A program made the translations under genes and the position numbers. The notes beneath the pieces were generated by a model, which saw only the letters and a list, made by a program, of their open reading frames with translations, was not told where the DNA came from and did not search any database. Positions 60,018 to 64,000 of a stretch of DNA of 64,000 bases are shown here, piece after piece. This DNA comes from Candidatus Zixiibacteriota bacterium (GTDB lineage Bacteria > Zixibacteria > MSB-5A5 > UM-FILTER-46-8), in assembly GCA_026983835.1 (NCBI GenBank), contig JALSTH010000104.1:3862-67861 (forward strand). Reading direction: 5' to 3'. The stretch's first letter is position 1; the number at the start of each line of letters is the position of its first letter.

Positions 60018-60623
60018 TTAACTGTTCTTTCCGGTAAATGATAAAATAACTCTCCCGCCCTTCCTTATTGAATCTCCATCGGAAAACCTGCTTCGGCGGT
60101 TCCCGATTTCGCTTCTGGTATATTGCCATCCCAACAATGATGATATTTGGCTTGCTATTATCTTTATTATATCAAGATCCAATTTTCCGAATGAATCGGG
60201 CTCTTCGTTGCTGACATTAATAACACCCATCAAGTCATCACTTATAATAATAGGAACAGACATAAAGGAATGAATATGATTATCAACCGATTCCCTATAT
60301 CGCTTGATGTTAGGCATAAATATCGGCTTACGATATTTTGCTACCCACGACGAAAAGCCTAAACCGAGATCGAATTTAACAAATGATATCAGATCGTTTT
60401 TCCTCCCTATTTTCACTACCTCCTCAAGTTTATTTTCTCTCGGGTTTAATGCAAATATGCAAGCGGAGGAATAACTTATCGCTCCGCCCATTGTTTCGAG
60501 AATTTCTAAAAAGGTCTCCTTTCCTTTGGTTTCTTTCTGGATTAACTCTCCGATTCGCTGCAGCGTTTTGAACTGTTGTATTACACGCTCCACATCATAG
60601 AGATCGCGTTTCCCTTTCGGCAT
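60018..60623 (-). CDS. Stand-alone GAF-domain protein
   Basis: 201 aa with a GAF-like fold pattern (ISYSSACIFALNPRENKLEEV...MSVPIIISDDLMGVINV). Confidence 0.65.
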   Translation of the reverse strand: MPKGKRDLYDVERVIQQFKTLQRIGELIQKETKGKETFLEILETMGGAISYSSACIFALNPRENKLEEVVKIGRKNDLISFVKFDLGLGFSSWVAKYRKPIFMPNIKRYRESVDNHIHSFMSVPIIISDDLMGVINVSNEEPDSFGKLDLDIIKIIASQISSLLGWQYTRSEIGNRRSRFSDGDSIRKGGRVILSFTGKNS

Positions 60624-60682
60624 ATTTTCCCATCCTTGGTTGTTTGTGATCCTCTAAGGAACTGCTGCTCGTTAATTAATCC

Positions 60683-61306
60683 TTAAAATAGTATATAGTA
60701 TCCTCCCTTTTTTATTTTTTCGAGTTGTGTCGAAATAGTATCGGCTATACTATGCGCTAATTCATTATAAATCATTTCATTATCCACCGCGTTCAATAGA
60801 TTGTCCGTCCTATTCGGCTCATATTCAAAAAATTGAGCGCTTTTATTTATATTTATCCGAAACTCAAATTTGCCGCTTTTCGGACGAACAATCGATTTTG
60901 GATCCATAATCTTGTAATCCAATTCCGCATATAAATACTTCGAAAAACGATTCATCAGATAAGGGATCGAGAGGTTCTTTTTAATTTCCCGTTCGAGGCG
61001 GGAGATCCTGTATTCTACTATGTAATCGGAATTAGGATCGACACGCGCAAGCGGGTCCAAACGGGATTTGATAAATATCCCCTTGTTCTTTGATGTTCCG
61101 TAAAGGGTATCCGTATTTAACCATTGGGTATAATTGTCCGCCTTCGATCTATTCGAAAGAATATTATTTACGATATGGGATATTTCGGCACCATTGTCGG
61201 AATGAATGATATATGCTTCTATCCTTTTATCATCCCCCGCATAAGAATTTATGGCCGATAATAGAGTCAAATAAATGAGAGATATAATTAATAAACTTTT
61301 CATCAT
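60683..61306 (-). CDS. Hypothetical secreted protein
   Basis: Signal peptide MMKSLLIISLIYLTLLSAINSYA. No recognisable domain. Confidence 0.45.
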   Translation of the reverse strand: MMKSLLIISLIYLTLLSAINSYAGDDKRIEAYIIHSDNGAEISHIVNNILSNRSKADNYTQWLNTDTLYGTSKNKGIFIKSRLDPLARVDPNSDYIVEYRISRLEREIKKNLSIPYLMNRFSKYLYAELDYKIMDPKSIVRPKSGKFEFRININKSAQFFEYEPNRTDNLLNAVDNEMIYNELAHSIADTISTQLEKIKKGGYYILF

Positions 61307-61821
61307 TACCTCAATTCAGTAATGGCTTCCTGTTTTAATCGTTTTGCCAATACATATTTTGATATTACTCTATTGACGCTTTCATTGAAATTCGATAACT
61401 CGTCTGTTATAATTTCTTTGTCCGTCAGTTGAAATCGTCCGACAAGCTCGCCTTGTTCAACGAATTCTATTCCGGTTAGATATTCGGAATGTTCTATTTT
61501 TTCGACCCGTTTCGCTTTCCCAATTACATTTTCGATAGATTCAAGTCCCCTCAAATCGAGCTTTAATGCCACATACGAATCAACTTTTAGTTTTGTATCG
61601 ATCGCCGCCAAAATGCCGCTTCCCGATATATTTAAAATCATACCGTGAATTATTTTCTTGTTTATTAATCCCCTATTTTTATTAAATGGCAGGTTTAATT
61701 TCCTTAAAGTAAACGGTGAAGCTATATCTATCCTTACGGAATTACGCTTTTTCCCTTTCTCTTTTTGCGGCGTGATTTTTTTCTTGGTTTTCTGTTTTAT
61801 CTCTGTTTTGTTCTTGTCCAT
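61306..61821 (-). CDS. PilZ-domain protein (c-di-GMP receptor candidate)
   Basis: RNSVRIDIA (RxxxR) and ILNISGSGI (D/NxSxxG) motifs about 25 aa apart. The start is set at MDKNKTEIK (~61821) because the longer track ORF would overlap the upstream gene. Confidence 0.6.
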   Translation of the reverse strand: MDKNKTEIKQKTKKKITPQKEKGKKRNSVRIDIASPFTLRKLNLPFNKNRGLINKKIIHGMILNISGSGILAAIDTKLKVDSYVALKLDLRGLESIENVIGKAKRVEKIEHSEYLTGIEFVEQGELVGRFQLTDKEIITDELSNFNESVNRVISKYVLAKRLKQEAITELR

Positions 61822-61831
61822 TTTTCCCTCT

Positions 61832-63025
61832 TTACTTCTTTTTAATAGACTTAGCCGATTTTTCCATTTCAAAAACTTTTTTCGCTTGAGTCGTGGCTTT
61901 TTCAACAATGCTCTTGACCCGTTGGATATCGGCGATCGCATTGGCCCTATTCATTATAAAGGTACGCCCGCCATTTATCGTGGAATTAAAATACTTTTTC
62001 GATTCCTCAAAATCCCCGACCCTTCTTGCTAATTCACCTATCAAGTAAAACGCCTGCAACGATTGAGAGCCATCCTTAAGTTCCCTCCCCCCTTCCGAGC
62101 ATTTTTTGTAATACTCTTTGGCATATTTTAATGCTTCTTCTTCATTGGTAGGTAATTCAGGCATCAATTTCTTGACTTTCTCAAGAAAATAACGAAAGTC
62201 CGGGAAATTTTTAAACCCAATTAATTGTTGTTCCCCGTTCATATCGATGGAGGTAATCTCTTTAGCGGCAAAATCCCTTAATAAGTCTATTCGCGATATT
62301 GATTCCTTGGAGTAATGTAATAAATCATTTAGCAAATTCAATTGCTTTGATACTTCAACATTTGGAGTTTTATCGTTTTTATTCCCGAAAAGTGTATCGG
62401 AATTTTCATTATAAAACAAAGCGAGTTCTTTTATGGAATCCTTAAAAGCATACAAATTAGATTCCAAGCTATTGATTTTACCGTTTAATTCGGAAACTAA
62501 CCCTCCCCTTTTCCCCGTTGTCTGTGATTTTACTATCCCCAATTCCCGAAATAGCCATCCAATCCTTAAATAAAATCTGCCAATTGATAAAAAACTGGGA
62601 TGTGAATTTAGCCTCTCATCATAAATCGCCAATATTATTTTGCATATCGCAGTCTCGTAGGGATAATTTTTCGGATCCAAAACCCCGCCAATTAATTGTA
62701 GCAAACTATCATCAGTATCGAGAGCGGCTAAATGTTTTTCTTTTAGTGCGGGAAGTTTATAAGTTCGAAAATGTGTATTTTTTGTCCATTCCTTTAATTT
62801 ATCGTTAAATTCCGCGGAATAAAAACAGTTTGGACAAGTAGCGATAAAATATAATAGAGGGTTGATCCCCGTCATTTCATTACTCGACCATACAATACCC
62901 AACGGCATAAAATCCGTATCCACTCCGGAAATTCTATATGCTCCCTTTTTCAGGTTCTCGAATTTATTATCCGAACCACAAATCGGACATTTTACACTGC
63001 TGTAAAATAAAGGCGCTTTGTCCAT
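61832..63025 (-). CDS. Hypothetical protein with an N-terminal zinc ribbon and C-terminal helical/TPR-like region (DUF2225-like)
   Basis: CPICGSDNKF...CPNCFYSAEF has four Cys in a zinc-ribbon arrangement. The remainder is helical. Confidence 0.45.
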   Translation of the reverse strand: MDKAPLFYSSVKCPICGSDNKFENLKKGAYRISGVDTDFMPLGIVWSSNEMTGINPLLYFIATCPNCFYSAEFNDKLKEWTKNTHFRTYKLPALKEKHLAALDTDDSLLQLIGGVLDPKNYPYETAICKIILAIYDERLNSHPSFLSIGRFYLRIGWLFRELGIVKSQTTGKRGGLVSELNGKINSLESNLYAFKDSIKELALFYNENSDTLFGNKNDKTPNVEVSKQLNLLNDLLHYSKESISRIDLLRDFAAKEITSIDMNGEQQLIGFKNFPDFRYFLEKVKKLMPELPTNEEEALKYAKEYYKKCSEGGRELKDGSQSLQAFYLIGELARRVGDFEESKKYFNSTINGGRTFIMNRANAIADIQRVKSIVEKATTQAKKVFEMEKSAKSIKKK

Positions 63026-63137
63026 AGGAATCCCACCTTGAAAAGGTTCTTTTTATTATTGTATCGGCAGAATAATGATTTTTCTCCATATATCGCTTCG
63101 CTAAAGTAATACTTAATATAAATGCCTTACCCCCATG

Positions 63138-63608
63138 CTATCCCCGTAAATCCGTAAGCATTTCTTCTTCTGCCGTTGATAATTTCTTAAATGTTGCGGC
63201 CGAATGTCTCCTTTTGATTTTTCGGGGTTTTATAGAATTTCTTTTGGTTGCTGAAGGATGTTTAACGGTTGACCTTTGGTTGTTTCTGTTTATCGGCTTG
63301 GCGTCGATATTAGCCTGCTTCCCATTTGATAAAACAGGAGTAATTCGGGTTTGGTCGGCAGATGTAGATGTTCGTTTATTATTGCTATCCTTTTTCTTCT
63401 GCATCTCGGCTTCTTTCAACAATCGGGTAAGCATTGAAGTATCGATCGATTTTGGAGAGCCAATAGCCTTATCCAATCGAGATTTGATATCCGCGGTCAG
63501 CCTCTTTTGACGCTGAATGATATTATAAAAGATTGCAAAAAAACCTAACCCCATAAAGAAATTTGCCAATGAAACAATTATTAGCAGATTATCCATTTTT
63601 AACAACAT
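63138..63608 (-). CDS. Hypothetical membrane-anchored basic protein
   Basis: N-terminal TM (LLIIVSLANFFMGLGFFAIF) followed by a K/R/S/T-rich tail. Confidence 0.4.
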   Translation of the reverse strand: MLLKMDNLLIIVSLANFFMGLGFFAIFYNIIQRQKRLTADIKSRLDKAIGSPKSIDTSMLTRLLKEAEMQKKKDSNNKRTSTSADQTRITPVLSNGKQANIDAKPINRNNQRSTVKHPSATKRNSIKPRKIKRRHSAATFKKLSTAEEEMLTDLRG

Positions 63609-63620
63609 TTAACAGCTCCT

Positions 63621-63950
63621 CTAAATATGTATATCTATATGTTTCTTCTCGGCTTCTGTCTTTTGACTCTTTTCAACCGAAGTATCCGATGAGTTCAAAT
63701 CTTCCCCTTGATTTTCGTCCTGCTTCTTTTTGTCTTTCTTATCATCCTTTTTCTTATCCTCACGGTGGATGACGACTTCATCCGCTTTATCGGAATGTTG
63801 GATTTTTTTGTGGCGTGCTTTATTTTTTTCTCGGATTGCGGCTTCGAATTGTTGTTGGGTTATGTCGGGTTGTGCTTTTTCGAGTTTCGCTATTTTTTCG
63901 GCGGCTTGGGTTTTCGCCAATACATTTTGAAGGTCAACCGGTTGTGCCAT
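63621..63950 (-). CDS. Hypothetical Lys/Glu-rich helical protein
   Basis: 109 aa. It is the first gene of the minus-strand signalling operon. No motif recognised. Confidence 0.35.
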   Translation of the reverse strand: MAQPVDLQNVLAKTQAAEKIAKLEKAQPDITQQQFEAAIREKNKARHKKIQHSDKADEVVIHREDKKKDDKKDKKKQDENQGEDLNSSDTSVEKSQKTEAEKKHIDIHI

Positions 63951-64000
63951 AACCCCCCCTATTTATTAAACTTATCCTTAATCATATTTCGCAACCTTAA

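Noticed and set aside
61822-61941. Track N-terminal extension of the PilZ ORF (MRSPISNGSRALLKKPRLKRKK...)
   Set aside because: It overlaps the 3' end of the upstream zinc-ribbon gene in another frame. The internal Met at ~61821 gives a non-overlapping 171-aa PilZ protein.

Overview
This 64-kb window looks like a chromosomal segment of a diderm, moderately AT-rich bacterium. It combines a flagellar apparatus that includes L/P-ring proteins with hallmarks of the FCB superphylum: a giant SprA-like T9SS outer-membrane protein, a textbook T9SS C-terminal sorting domain on a neighbouring cargo gene, and an M28/glutaminyl-cyclase-like gene translationally coupled to sprA. No CRISPR array, integrase, transposase or phage gene was seen, and there is no obvious defence island. 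The window holds three themes. The left block (~1.9-10.1 kb, + strand) is a signalling/motility block. It starts with a complete partner-switching triad: a GAF-PP2C phosphatase, an RsbW-like kinase and a STAS antagonist, with no sigma factor gene nearby. Two orphan CheY-like receivers follow, then an NtrB/NtrC-type (FlrBC/FlgSR-like) sigma-54 two-component system, and motA (apparently frameshifted) with motB. The middle of the window is a conserved housekeeping array: tRNA-Ala, a long Bacillus-type Alu-domain SRP RNA, dnaX, ybaB and recR. After that come exopolysaccharide genes and a 15-kb co-directional minus-strand block running mfd, two SurA-like PPIases, an S4 protein, murB, the sprA-like gene and the QC-like M28 gene. 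The right block (46.5-64 kb, minus strand) is a 9.5-kb flagellar operon (flgF-flgG-flgA-flgH-flgI-flgJ(SLT fusion)-flgN-flgK-csrA-flgL-fliW). It is preceded by a well-formed sigma-54 -24/-12 element and by a 7-kb sensory operon containing a PilZ protein, a GAF protein, a GAF histidine kinase and receivers. A second, perfect sigma-54 consensus lies upstream of the T9SS cargo gene. All annotation here is by reading the sequence and recognising motifs; no database search was run.
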